From Lingula anatina (Eukaryota > Animalia > Brachiopoda): a DNA stretch of 64,000 nt. Where the stretch lies: NCBI GenBank assembly GCA_051362555.1, contig CM120646.1, forward strand, positions 310,001-374,000. Direction: 5' to 3'. The notes under the pieces were generated by a model, which ran no database searches, was not told where the DNA came from, and saw nothing but the letters and a program-made list of their open reading frames with translations. The translations under genes and the position numbers were made by a program. Below, one piece after another: positions 38,337 through 50,990 of this stretch; position 1 is the stretch's first letter, and each line of letters opens with the position of its first letter.

Positions 38337-38528
38337 GAGGAGGATGGGAGAAAAAAGATGGGGCGGCTACATAGAGGATGGGGGTACTTACCTGTACATC
38401 ACCGCCCCTGGCTGGGCATACCCGGGTTGAGGGGGGTACCCTTGTTGTGGAGGGTACCCCTGCTGTGGAGGGTATCCTTGGTTCTGTCCTGGATCATAAC
38501 TTGGCGGTGGGTTCCCCTTGTCTGTCAT
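36987..38528 (-). CDS. dispanin/CD225-domain membrane protein (PRRT1/IFITM-like), paralog 2, 161 aa
   Basis: Exons 38528-38392, 37831-37674, 37177-36987. MTDKGNPPPSYDPGQNQGYPPQQGYPPQQGYPPQPG...PASYLGFSIFVLLCCNLLCGIIALIFS.MSSSAADRGD...VALGLNI + TM; same intron positions as paralog 1. Confidence 0.9.
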
Positions 38529-39121
38529 GTCTAGAGCAAGAAATGACTTCATTAGATAAACGTATTGAAGGATAAAACTAATCTAACGTTATTTAATAAA
38601 ATATCGTAATCTAAAATCGCACCGGCTAAAGTTAGAGTGAAATCGATTAAACTAAAACAATGCAAAAATAAATCCGAACGATGCCGTAAAACTTGATATT
38701 TGCAAAAAAACATGGGACCACATATTCTAAGCATCAGTAAAAGCAGGCCAAGCAGTGTTTAAATTAAAAATGGGAAATCGCACTGAAATGCCCAGAAGTA
38801 CCACGAGTACAGATCTACAGTTGAACGTGTGACGGCTAAACTACAAATGGAAACCTAGGAATATTGTCAAGTGGATTGCGCTTTTAAGGATTTGGCTTTG
38901 ACATTTTGTTCATGACATGTAATCAACTCAGAGACTGTTTTAGACAAAATCCTGTATGTCCATGGCAGAAGTTTCTCATTTGCAAGGACATACGCAGCGT
39001 AGGCAAATGAGTATTTAATTCAGAAATCGCAGTATCGAATATATTAACGTTCCCCTGTCTTCAAAATTGTCTGGCGACAAGCAAGTCCGAAATAGCGTTA
39101 GTATGAATGAAAGCTGAGATT

Positions 39122-39450
39122 GGGTGTCATCCACAATCAGCACGTTGGCTGTCATGGGTCGCCATGCCTTTCGAATTTGTGCCATTGGTATGCTTTCACT
39201 ATGTTTTAAATTGGTCCATTTTTTATGTTGCCCAACGATGTTGTTCTTGGTCTTCCATTCCCTAGTTTCTCATTAAACTTTCCTTCTAAAAATAACCGCT
39301 GCAAATTGTCTTTTCTCTATTCTTATAACATGCCCAAAATAAGTCAATTTTCTTTTCTTGGCGGTGTTCAATAATAATAATACTTTATTTTTAGGGTTGT
39401 TTATTACTTCCTCATTACTACTGTGTTCAGTCCATAATATTTTTAACATC
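39122..39450 (-). mobile_element. RTE-clade LINE 3' fragment
   Basis: LKILWTEHSSNEEV...KKRKLTYFGHVIR followed by GRPRT-like and W-rich degenerate codons, typical of RTE C-termini. Confidence 0.7.
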
Positions 39451-39462
39451 TCTCTCTCTCTC

Positions 39463-39527
<65 letters not shown>

Positions 39528-39582
39528 ATAATCATGATCATAATTGGCTTCGCTCTGCACGCTCTTCCTTGGCAAATTGGCT

Positions 39583-39700
39583 CTGATTGACGGGCACATG
39601 TACAGATTACACTGATTGACGGGCACATGTACAGATTACACTGATTGACGGGCAAATGTACAGATTACACTGATTGACGGGCACATGTACAGATTACACT
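39583..39700 (+). repeat. 29-bp minisatellite x4
   Basis: ctgattgacgggcacatgtacagattaca repeated. Confidence 0.9.
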
Positions 39701-40352
39701 TATTGTCATGTATCTCAAACTGCAGCTAAAAGCAAAAACCAATCAATATCAAATGGGGCAGCGTTTTGATGCCCAGGTGGTTGTTGCCTTGCCCTTTTAG
39801 CGTTTTTTGTTCTTTTTCTTTCGAGAGAAGAGATCACAACTTTGATATAAGCCAGTTTGTTTCCTCCAGCATAGATGTTCGTGTTATGTCTTTTGTTTTC
39901 AACATTCACCTGTAGCTTCCATAACCTCTGATCAGAGATTAAATGTCTCTCGAAGTGATACCGAAAACAAAACACATAACACAGAAATTGAATTCAAGCA
40001 ATTTTACACTAAGTGGTTCGAAACTAAATCCTATACAGAGTTAAGTGGTTTGGGGATCAACCAAGTAATTGCCTAAAAGCACTTAATTAATTAACTGCTC
40101 CCTCGTCAGAAACAAATAAATATAAGTGAGTTTCACCCATGCGATCACTAACGACTTATTACCGGAAAACGTAAAGTTATTTTCTCCTATCTAAACAACA
40201 CCAATCTATCTGCCACACAAAGTGGTTTGGCGTGCCCAACACCAATTGACGTGTCAAATTAATAAATGATTACAAGCAAATCAAAATGTTTGATAGTCAC
40301 TAAGAAACAATATCATCTCTCAAACGGGGCCTACACCAGACGCTGATAACAT

Positions 40353-40454
40353 GTTTTTTTTTAAACAACTTTATTCTCAAGAGAGTTAAATATTGTTGCA
40401 GTAAAATTGAAGGTGGCAATTCGCCTAGGCATTACATGCTCACCTTTGAAATTA

Positions 40455-40496
<42 letters not shown>

Positions 40497-40745
40497 CAAG
40501 GAAAAGACAGTGACGAGGACATGAGTGGCATTAGAGGGGAGTGAGGGACAGGGCATGGGGGAAAGGTAATTATGGGGGGGGGGGGCAATAGGCCATCAGG
40601 TGAGAGTGGTAGGCGCCAGAACAGAAATAGAAGAAGATTCAGACATTTTTGATTAAGAAATCCGACACTATTTCGGAAATTTTGTCGTTTTGTCCAGATA
40701 TTAATGTTTTATGGCCATGTAGGAAGAGGGATATCTTATCTAGTT
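40353..40745 (-). mobile_element. CR1/L2-like LINE 3' end remnant
   Basis: Minus frame LFLHGHKTLISGQNDKISEIVSDFLIK, then (att)n, a short hairpin, AATAAA and an A-tail. Confidence 0.45.
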
Positions 40746-40946
40746 GATAACATGTAAAACATGGTGTGCAGCTCTATCTCTCTCTTTCCATGCCGGGGGA
40801 GATACAGCCACCAACCAGGCTGGGAAAAGGTCATTGAAGCACTTGAAGGCGCCTAGCTTTAGTGGACTATAACGGATTCGTATTGAATTGAAGACAACCG
40901 TGCACAAAAACGTTTCTTTATCAGTTTGGGGGCAGAATAATATACT

Positions 40947-41127
40947 AGTGGCAGATTGAGAGGGGGGTGTCAGAGATTCTGAAAAAGTATATCACACCAA
41001 TATTCCCCTCGAAGAATTTTGTCTAGCTGAATCCAACGCCAAGCAGGTGATGGTTGGCTTCGCATCCGAGGCCTGTCGTTCCGACCCTCCCCCCCCCCAC
41101 CTTGAAATAATCCTGGATCTGCCCCTG
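40947..41127. mobile_element. hAT-like MITE (related fragment at 43924-44035)
   Basis: agtggcagat...ggatctgcccctg termini; cacaccaat and ctagctgaa are shared with 43924. Confidence 0.5.
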
Positions 41128-44100
41128 TGTATACGATATAAACAACGTTAAAACACTAATATTCAATTATGCACTACAGTTAACATGGCAACCCAGAACG
41201 AGTAACAAGCACAGAGTCCAAGGCCAATGGGAATTCACAGTCACACTCTGAAAAATGCAAATGTGGGGGAAATAAAAAATTCACAAAACTTTTTGACTTC
41301 AGGAGGGAGCCAATCAGGCTGGTTTTCAAACTCAACCTGTATTTTAGTCCTTAAATCACTCTAGTCAGTTTGAGGACTATATGTTAGTGATCCAGCGATG
41401 ACAGTGAAATGTGTTCGGCGACAACATCGACAGACGCAGGTGAAGGCTACATATATAGAGACCGTATTTGTCCAAAAACGGATTGTTTCAATCTAAAACA
41501 AGAACTCATAATTGCCAAGGTTTATCGATGCTTGACAAAGTCGCAGGAGAATACCATGTCGTTTCTTAGCAACATGATACCCAATGACGACAATGCCATG
41601 ATAGCTTATTAGGCCGTAAAGACTAAATTGACTTGCTAGAACTTATGGTTCATGTGTTTTAAGCACAATTATTAAAAGAATTTAGAAAAATCTTAGAAGG
41701 GAGAAACGCGCTTATATATGTAACCAGAACGAATTACTGGAATAACCGTATGGTTATAATAATTATAATAGAATTACTTTAAATAGAGGACAAATGTGAA
41801 GTTGCATATCTTGCTTCAGCTTTGTCAAAAAAAAAAGACAAAATTTTCGGACGGAAAAGGTTCAATTGACACTGTGACATTATTGAGTAGAACAGTGACA
41901 CTACAGAACTAAGGCCTGAAACAAGAAAAAAACTTCAAAATGAAATCGAAGGCCTGTTTTTAATTTAAGGCCACCAATTCCCGCCTACTATGGCCAGTAA
42001 TGAAGCTCTGGACAGGTTTCACCTAACATGACAGATGACAAATTGGACAAGTTCTTGTTTGTGCACACTGTTCTTAGAAAGCATATAGAGCCGTGAGTAT
42101 CCTAGAGGAAGGATCAGATTCTTTCAAGCTCGCAGCCGTGACTACATCGTTAAAATCGATTGGCTTTGGCAGGGAAAATATACGATTCATATGGCCTAAT
42201 ATCCTTACCTGATTATCTCCTAGTATTAAAACTCTGTACATAGGTATATACTCTTACTACAAATGCATCAACTGTCACGAGCCAAAGTAAAAGGCCTTCA
42301 TATTCATCGCTTTCTCTTTCATTTGATGGCAAAGGATATTCCAGCTTTTTTAGACATGCAAAGGACCCTGCATTAGATACATTTTTGTTTGATGTTTTTC
42401 TACTCTCTAACAGAGGTCAGCTGGTCGTTCTTTCTTTCTTTCTTATAATTTAAATTAATGTTTAAAGCAAAATTTCTCGATGGTCAGATATGTGCAACGT
42501 TGGCCAGGGAAATGTTTGTGAAAATCTAATGGAAAATTCCTATTCATTGTTATAACACACAATAAATACGAATACAAAAGCATCTGTATAAATACACTGA
42601 AGCACGACTTCCAAGCTCTATTTTGCGGACTATAGGTGTGAAGTATCTGAAGGAGAATTATCAACTCGGGTTTTAGTATCTGTGTGTCCACTGAGCATGT
42701 TTATTCTGAGAACACGGGCAATCGTGTGAAACCAGGGAAACGAAGGCTGATATCAAGGTGGCGGCAGCTACACGCAAACCGTTTTTATATAATTATTGAT
42801 CCTTTAGGAGAAAAAACTAGAGACCAAACTACAATTAGGAAACTGATAGTGACCCGTATATGTATTAGCGTTTTCAGAGAGAGGGAGAGACAGAGAGAGA
42901 GAGAGTACAGCACCAAAAGTGTAGACCTTTTATTAATAATTTTGGATCGTTAATAACTAAGTCAATATCTTGCCATAATTATAGTTTTTAAAAATGTGAA
43001 AATTGCACCGACATTATCACGGCAGTTATCTTAATACATATAGTGCGTAGAAAAAATGAAATAGTAATAACCCACATGCGACACCCCGTATAATATAGTC
43101 TTGCTGGCGTGGAGCGAAGAATGTCACTATTTACAATTCTAAAAATACTTGGATATTTCAGACAAGATTATTTTAGATAAGATTATTTTATCTATTTCAT
43201 ACCCATGTTTATTCGACCATCTACAACTGAAAGCGTTCCCACCGTGTCTTCGCCGTGTACTGTCCACGAAAGAGTTCGTTTTATATATAGATGATGTCCT
43301 TGTGTTGCACCACAATAGAAGGAGGATGGGTATTATTCGGAGTCGTTATTTTAGTACCGGGTCAAAGGTTCAGACGTACGTAAGGCACTGTGTCATACAG
43401 AGTAGAACGGGACATGATTCCAGACAGTAATCACACATATTTCAGATTTTGAGAGAGTTTCCGGTTACAAACCAGTCTTCTATTACATGTACATTGTTCA
43501 TGCCCCCAAAATTACGACAATGAATTTATTTGTGAATGACTTTTTAGTTATCATTTTATTTTTATAACTTATAATTTTTCATTCAGCGGTCTCAACCAGT
43601 TCTTAAGCTTATATTTCCCTTTTCCAGAAAAATTGCACACTGAAGCTGGGCAGTTGTCTATAAGCTACGTGCTAGCCCATAGTATGGCTGCTCAGAAATG
43701 ATGAACTATTTATCTGATAAAAAAAGGTATGAGCAGTGTCTGACAGCGAAAATGATTTATCTGTGCACTTAAGCACCTTGTATCATCGATGATAAATTGC
43801 TTTGAATTATTTGTCAAATCAAACTTGAAACAGATATACTAGGCCATGTGTCATCTCATTAAACAACTGTTTATTGTCATAGGTGTAATATTCTTTGACA
43901 TTTTAGAACATAATGCCCCCACAAGTGGCGGATTTAGGGGTGAGGGTGTCAGGGAGGTCCTGACCCCCCTCCCTTCAATTTTTGAAAAAACCACACCAAT
44001 GGTCCTCTCTTGAAGTTAAATTTTGACTAGCTGAACTATAGTTCTAAACCTTACCAAATGACACCGTTCGCCCTCTAAAATACCAAAGAAATTCGGGGTC

Positions 44101-44452
44101 CTTCACCGGCCCCTCACTATCATATCGCGTACTAGGCAAGAGCGGTGTCGCGTCTGATACTTCGACGCACGTACTGATGCACAACTTGAAAACGTGTAGT
44201 GTGGTTCGATCTACCGGTGAATTCAGGATCATTTGGTGCCGAGTCTGGTAGTTGGGTAGGCCTGATAATTTCACCGGACTGGTTCAAAGAGTATAAAGCC
44301 TCCTTAATGTCATCCATGTATAAATTAAAGAGAGTGGGATAATGGGACCATTCAGAATGAGAAGAGACGAGAACTAGCTAGGCCTAAATATGGCGGGTCT
44401 ACAGGAAAGGAAGACCGCTTAATCCTGTAATGGTCTCTCCGCCTCTCACTCA

Positions 44453-44551
44453 CCTCCCCAGTTTCAGCAATTTCAGTAAAAGTCCCTTGTGCCACACTGA
44501 ATCAAAGGCTTTTCTCATGTCAATGAAACATGCATATAGCTTTTTGCATCC
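44453..44551 (-). mobile_element. LINE reverse transcriptase fragment, downstream piece
   Basis: GCKKLYACFIDMRKAFDSVWHKGLLLKLLKLG (RT D-x-x-KAFD motif); continues the 46873-47446 piece. Confidence 0.85.
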
Positions 44552-44653
44552 CCAGAAATGCACTCCATGACGTCACGCTTAGTCCACTGCGCATGCGTGC
44601 ACTTTTAATGAGTTGCTAGATTGCCATAGGAAAATGAATGGGTTCGCGATTCG

Positions 44654-45381
44654 TGGGTAATTCGTGATAATTGACAAACTAACGGCCTGATGCCGATAGA
44701 CAGCAACGCTGTGCTATGCTTCAAGCAACTCCTGACCAAATATCGCTAGGGTTTTTAAAAAAATTCTGTTGTACACACGTACTAAGAAGTTTGCCATGTA
44801 TTGCCTAGCCTACCCTCAGCAAAACGCACATATTTTCAGAAATAGTGATTTTAGACGGTAGATTCACTCAGAAACAAAGGCAAACCAAGGCTTCATTCAC
44901 ATGCAATGTCTATTTTCTAAATTCTATTTTCTATTCGCGGTATGTCTTATGATCACGGTCTGTGCCCTGAATATCCCGCCGCGTAATTACTGGCAGCGCG
45001 AGCCAGTTACTATAAGTTACTATAAGTAACTGGCTCGCGCTGCCAGTAATTACGCGGCGGGATATTCAGGGCATAGACCGTGATCATAAGACATACCGCG
45101 AATAGAAAATAGAATTTAGAAAATAGACATTGCATGTGAATGAAGCCTTGGTTTGCCTTTGTTTCTGAGTGAATCTACCGTCTAAAATCACTATTTCTGA
45201 AAATATGTGCGTTTTGCTGAGGGTAGGCTAGGCAATACACGGCAAACTTCTTTGTACGTGTGTACAACAGTATTTTTTAAAAACCCTAGCGATATTTGGT
45301 CAGGAGTTGCTTGAAGCATAGCACAGCGTTGCTGTCTATCGGTATCAGGCCGTTAGTTTGTCAATTATCACGAATTACCCA
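44654..45381. repeat. ~730-bp near-perfect palindrome (~358-bp arms, 13-nt spacer)
   Basis: Arms 44654-45011 and 45025-45381 are reverse complements with about 5-6 differences. Confidence 0.95.
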
Positions 45382-46195
45382 TAGAAAATAGATTTTTAGA
45401 AAATAGACATTCCATGTGAACGAAGCCTAATTCGTTGCGGATAGTACCAGCAGATAGCAGCACCATACAGAGTATGATTAAAAACTTTCATGGCAATTGA
45501 AGAACTTTTACCACTGTACAATGGAGTCCAAAAAAAGCACTTGGCACAAATGTGAAACTGCCCAGTGCAAGGCCAAGGATTCAATCAGTATTTTCAATCA
45601 TATTATCAGATTCTACATAAATTGACTGACAATATCACTACTCAGTATTTAACTAATCTCTTAATCCAAAATTCCTATCATCATTTAATAATAGGCCTAA
45701 TGCAAAATTCTTCTTTCAGATTGCTATTTATTAAAAATTTTAATGCTTCAGCTGTTCCAAAATAATCTTGTAGGAAAGGAAAAATGCAAATAAGAAGTGG
45801 AAGACCAATTTTACCCACATTATTCAATCATTTGAATATAAAAAGAATAAGATCACGATTTAACAAATTAAAATAATCTTTCATGAACTCTTTCATGAAT
45901 AACATATTAAACAAAATTAAAGTTATAAATTAGTGGCAATGGCTCATTCTGGAATATATGACCTCTGCACATTATCAGTACCTGACTTGGTAGAGTATAG
46001 TTACTACTTGGATACAGAGTTAGATTTAATAATGTAACAATAAGAACAATATATATTACAATAAACTTCTCTGCACATGTCAGACGCTTGTTACCATGAA
46101 CTAACACTACTTGAAAATGGGCTGAGCACTTATCACAGAGTCTGTGTGCGATGCCATTGTTGTGCTGTGATTGGCTAGTTGAGTCACGTGAAGCC

Positions 46196-46817
46196 CACCC
46201 TGAGCTTCAGAGCTAACTTGACACTAACCTTTTCACTGTAGCCTATCTCCATCGTGTCAAGTAACCTCTGACCAGATTCGAGTGCCCCCGCCGCCCGCCA
46301 ATCAAATTTAAAGCCCGCACTCAATGACTCATTGAACGATCTAGCCAATGAACGCGAACGAGTCAAAGCGCGCTTTGTTCAAATCCGGACCAATCAAAGA
46401 TAAGGCTGAATATCAGGGACTTGCCGTAACCTGTGGGCAGCACGCAAAATACATCATCCCTCAGTAGATAATGATGCAGGGCATCATACTGCTCTGGTTT
46501 CAATTCCGATATACTCCATGCTTTCTTTGTGTACGGTTATGCACTCGGAACCACTCGGAACTACTCGGATGTCTCCGCACTCGACAATAACTATGTCGAT
46601 GTTTGGTCAGTATGGAGCTTGCGGAATCAGCCGAGGATTGCCGATTGACGATCAACCAATCAGCGTTTTCACCAAACTTTGGTGAAAAATTTTGAAACAT
46701 GGATTCGATTGGCTTATATAAAATAGGTCAAACTATTTTCGTCAGAGGTTACTTGACACGATGGAGATAGGCTACAGTGAAAAGGCTAGTGTCAAGTTAG
46801 CTCTGAAGCTCAGGGTG
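46196..46817 (-). mobile_element. non-autonomous AcademH-like transposon with RecQ-type helicase remnant, copy 1
   Basis: ~75-bp TIR CACCCTGAGCTTCAGAG..., CA...TG ends, 9-bp TSD cgtgaagcc; minus frame ELKPEQYDALHHYLLRDDVFCVLPTGYGKSLIF (~46408-46506). Confidence 0.8.
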
Positions 46818-46872
46818 CGTGAAGCCCTACTGTAGCGCCCTCGCGTATCGCGTGAATGCTGCGCATTTCTGG

Positions 46873-47446
46873 CCATGGTTTTGATTGAGATATCTGTTGA
46901 CTAGTGATTTCAAAGAAAAGATATATGATCTGTTGTTCTATAACCTGGCCTGAAACCTGCTTGCTCTTCACTTAATTTGTTTTCATTGTTAATATGTTGA
47001 ATGAGCCTGTGTGTTAAAACTGAATTAAATAATTTCCCTAAGCAACTAGTTATGCAAAGGCCTCTATAGTTTTCCGGGTTTATATGCTCTACTGATTTAA
47101 AGAGCTGAATTATAATTCCAAGGTTCCGCGATTCAGGGATTTCAGATGTATTCAGCACCATGTTAAATAATTTAGTGAGCACAACTGCAAAATACAGTAC
47201 CCCAGCTTTCAGCATTTCATTTCTCAACATATCTTCCCCAGGTGATTTCCAATTTTTCAGATATTTAATGGCATTTTTAACCTCTTTCACTGTAATAGGT
47301 TTGTCAAGCACCGCTTCCCCTGGGAGGCTTTCATAAGATTTAATTTCATAATCTAAGTCCTGGTTACCCTCATTAGGGATCCCAAACAAATGGTAAAAGT
47401 GGTAAAGCCATGTATCTGGACTAATTAAGCGGCGATTTATGGCCAT
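46873..47446 (-). mobile_element. LINE reverse transcriptase fragment, upstream piece
   Basis: KSPGEDMLRNEMLK...NPENYRGLCITSCLGKLFNSVL...EQAGFRPGYRTTDH; a 1-nt frameshift then KSLVNRYLNQNH. Confidence 0.9.
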
Positions 47447-47532
47447 TAAGTGAGATGATAGCCATCCTGGCCCCTCATCTGCTACGTTTTACGGGTCAAC
47501 AGAAACAGCAGATGAATTAGATGAACCTGTTA

Positions 47533-47720
47533 GGGTGTATTCCCAGAGATTTAGATCGATCCAGAGATTAAGATTTAGATCGACCTAACTCCCTGGGGGT
47601 TCACGCTAAATTGCAGTCAGCCGAGCGCGCACCATAGTTAATTACCCCCTTACAGCTTTCAGTAGGCGGGACAGACGCTTAAGCCGGCTAAGATGACAGT
47701 AATCTAGTGGGAATACGCCC
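47533..47720. mobile_element. family A Harbinger/Tourist-like MITE
   Basis: tta|GGGTGTATTCCCA ... TGGGAATACGCCC|tta: TIR plus TTA TSD. Confidence 0.8.
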
Positions 47721-48111
47721 TTAGCCATTAATTAGATAAATCCGTGGTTAGCTAACTGTAATCATACCTCCCGCTGAGAACCAAAGTTCCAAGAAAGACC
47801 GGTCCTTCCCGGACAGAAACACGCCTTATTATGACATGCGTTAATAAGAGAAATGATTCATTAATGTAGTCCTCGTGTTCGTTGTCTCCCGGAGTGAGGT
47901 AATCAATTATCTGATATCTGTAGTTTTCCCAAAGGCTTTCACATTGAGGCACACGGGTCATACCCACCCTTAGTCTGAGAGAAGTGACAGTCAACTTCCC
48001 CCTACCTATAGTTCAAAACGCCATATTCGTTAGGGGGCGGAGCGTCCTGCAGCCTCTGAAACTCTTTAGTGTCAGAAGCGTTCTGTTGAGATGCTTGTCT
48101 ACCAGTCCTAG

Positions 48112-48173
<62 letters not shown>

Positions 48174-49177
48174 GGTGCTTTATGGCTATGTGTCGCAATA
48201 CTCATCTGCTATACATACTATAAAAGCTTTTTCTTTAGGACGACTTGGAGTACGTTTTGGGTACTAGGAATTACAACAAGATTTATATTGGCATGGTTTA
48301 AATACATAAAAAAGATCACCTTGATAGACATAGAGACACACAAAATGTTAACGTCCTGCCAGTCTTTGTTTTAATGGCATTATATAGTACCTCAAACTGA
48401 AGATAGAGTGATGAGTGCGTGATTTCACGATATTTAATATATATATGCCAAGTCGCGAGCTGCTGGATGACGTTGGTCTATTTTCCCGTGCATGATAGTC
48501 AGTGTTATACCTGCAGTACAATTCGCATGAGTGCCTTTTCCCGGCCATTAGCGTTATTATATACATGTATATGTAGGCCTACATCTACACTATATCGAGT
48601 ATTGAGTTTTAGTTCCACGCGGCTAGTAATTAGTCTAGCCTGCCTCTCATACCGTGATGAATTCCTCTTTATAGACCCTATTTATGTGTGCAGGAATTGA
48701 GAGGAGTCTCTGAAGCTAGTTTGCTGTCAAAATTTTCGTGTTTTCTTAAAAATCATTTACAAGTTTAAAATATAATTTAAAGTTTCAGCAAAGATGGAGG
48801 GAAAAGGACCACAAATGATTCAAAAGATTCATGTTCTAAAGTCGGCATAGGCTGAGAGCGAGCTGCGCATCCCCTTCCTTTTTTAGGACGGGGGCGTAGG
48901 TTTCCTCATCGCTGTCTGAACCAAATAGTGACTCCACCTCCATGTCTACTATTGTCCATTCTCAGCCCTCTCCTACGGTGTCAAAATTACAATGACAATG
49001 CATGTGGAACTACTGATTGAGGTTTTCAAAAATAACCAGAATAAACAGACTGGAAATAAACTCTATTTTGACTGCATTTTTTCACTGCAGTGGTTCGGCT
49101 TCGACGTGGGTTTCAAAATCTTTCTTTTGTGTGACTCAGTTTAATAATTATTACTTAGCACTCTTCGCGAGGTACTT

Positions 49178-49256
49178 GACTCTCAGGGTGGAGACACTGG
49201 ATCTCAGGGTGGGGACACTGGACTCTCGGGATGGGGACGCTGGATTCTCAGGGTGG
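49178..49256 (+). repeat. 21-bp minisatellite x3.5
   Basis: gactctcagggtggagacact-like units. Confidence 0.75.
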
Positions 49257-50337
49257 GAAGACCAGCGTGAGAACACACCTGAACTTGCACGTGTGTTGCA
49301 ACACCACAGAGCAAACACAGATATGGAGAATATATATTTTCTTTTGGCTTTTTAAGTTATGTGTGGTTGTTTTTACCACATCATATTGTATAGTCAGACA
49401 CATGTAGAAATCTCTACATACTCTATTGGGGAGACTGTGTTGTGCCGTCCACTTTTCCCTGGTATATTATTACTAGTAGGGTCTCTATGGGGACTTCACT
49501 ACTGTCTTATCATTTAAAACGCGTGAGCAGAGGTCACATACGGCTATAAGTAAATAAAACAAGACCATCTTGAAAAAAAAAAACATACAGACAGACACGA
49601 TTTAATACCATTAGTCCTTAGATTTTGTATCTCAATATTAAAAGCGCGTGGTATAGTGCGTCTGCCCCGGGTTAAAAATTGCGTAATGATTGCGTGATTT
49701 CATGAATTAGTGAAAGCTGTTGACATTTAAGAGACGTTGTTCAAATGGTATTTTTAGAAAATAACATAACACTGATGATGTACTGTACGCCTACTCTAGC
49801 AGATCTGATAGCACACAGCGTTTTCCTTCTTTCTTTTCACAATCTTTTTTCACCAGGGACGTCTTTATAACCTTACTAGACCCGGAAATAGTCTACCTGA
49901 CGTCATGAGGAGACCAGACCGAGCCGGAAAGATTATCAAGACCACTATCACACCTGAGATTTCAATTTCCGACAAACAAGTCCAGTTAATTAAAATGTCG
50001 TGAGGCTATTTATGACAACTTGCAGTGTCTTTATTTTAGACTATATAAGGGCGATAAGGTATCAGTTCCGAGAAATGTAACAGTTAATTAGTGTCTATAT
50101 TTGGACATTATTGCCTCAAGGAGTGTTTTAACTCCTAGTTTGCCCCATATTCGGACAAGATGACAAGAGGTACATTTTACCCTGCTCGAATTTGTTTGCC
50201 ATAGCCAAATAAAGCAAAGTCCATCTTTATCAGTGATTCACTATTATTATATGTTTATCATCTTTATTACTTTTATATCATGTAGCTTGCTAGAACGGCT
50301 TGACGATGATAAGACAGTGATAAGAGTAACACTATCA

Positions 50338-50905
50338 GAAATGATAGTGGATTTTAGAAGAAATCAGAATGTAAAGGTACGATTCACCATTGGTAATGTT
50401 GAAGTTAGTAGGGTAGAGGAATTTAAACTACTTGGTATACACCTTAACAGTAAATTGAATTGGAAAGATAACACCGCAAAGAGTGTAAAGAAGGCACGGC
50501 AAAGACTGTATTTTTTAAGATCATTGAGAACTTTTACTGATAGCGTGTCTATTTTAGTCAATTTTTACAGGTCTGTAATTGAAAGCATTCTAGCGTACGG
50601 AATTATAATATGGTATAATGGAACAGCTGGGGAGGAAAGGAAGAAATTAACAAACGTTGTAAAAACTGCAAGCAGGATTATCGGGCAGGATCTCCCCAAT
50701 GATATTTTTAAAGACAGGATGGAGAAAAGAATTGTCAACACCATGAAAGACTCTTTCCACCCTGCATCATCTCTTTTTACGTTTTTACCAAGCAACAGTA
50801 GACTTTTAACCTTTAAAGGCAGTAAACGCTTTTTAAACAGCTTTTATCCAAGTGCAGTGACGCATTTTAATTTGATCTCAAAACTAAATTCTTAATTTAT
50901 TTATT
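50338..50905 (+). mobile_element. 5'-truncated Rex1/Babar-like LINE (RT C-terminus)
   Basis: EMIVDFRR...VEEFKLLGIHL..KLNW..NT...VKKARQRLYFLR...FYRSVIESILAY...HPASSLF..LPS...RFLNSFYPSAV; short (ttta) tail. Confidence 0.85.
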
Positions 50906-50911
50906 TACTGT

Positions 50912-50990
50912 ATTTAGCGTAAACCCCCAGGGAGTTAGGTCGATCTATATCTTAATCTTTAGATCGATCTAAATCTCTGGGAAAGTACCC
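50912..50990. mobile_element. family A MITE fragment abutting the LINE 3' end
   Basis: atttagcgtaaacccccagggagttaggtcgatcta...atctctgggaaagtaccc|tta. Confidence 0.65.

Larger units (their letters stand above)
44552..46872. mobile_element. 2.3-kb non-autonomous DNA transposon, CCAGAAATGC TIR, 2-bp TSD (CMC/EnSpm-like)
   Basis: cc|CCAGAAATGCAC ... GCGCATTTCTGG|cc; removing it with one TSD restores the LINE frame N-H-G-C-K-K-L-Y. Confidence 0.8.

Noticed and set aside
46408-46506. Host RecQ helicase exon
   Set aside because: It lies between TIRs with a TSD and is duplicated at 57.6 kb, so it is a transposon remnant.
50233-50895. 220-aa ORF as a host gene
   Set aside because: It is a 5'-truncated LINE RT C-terminus fused to flanking sequence.
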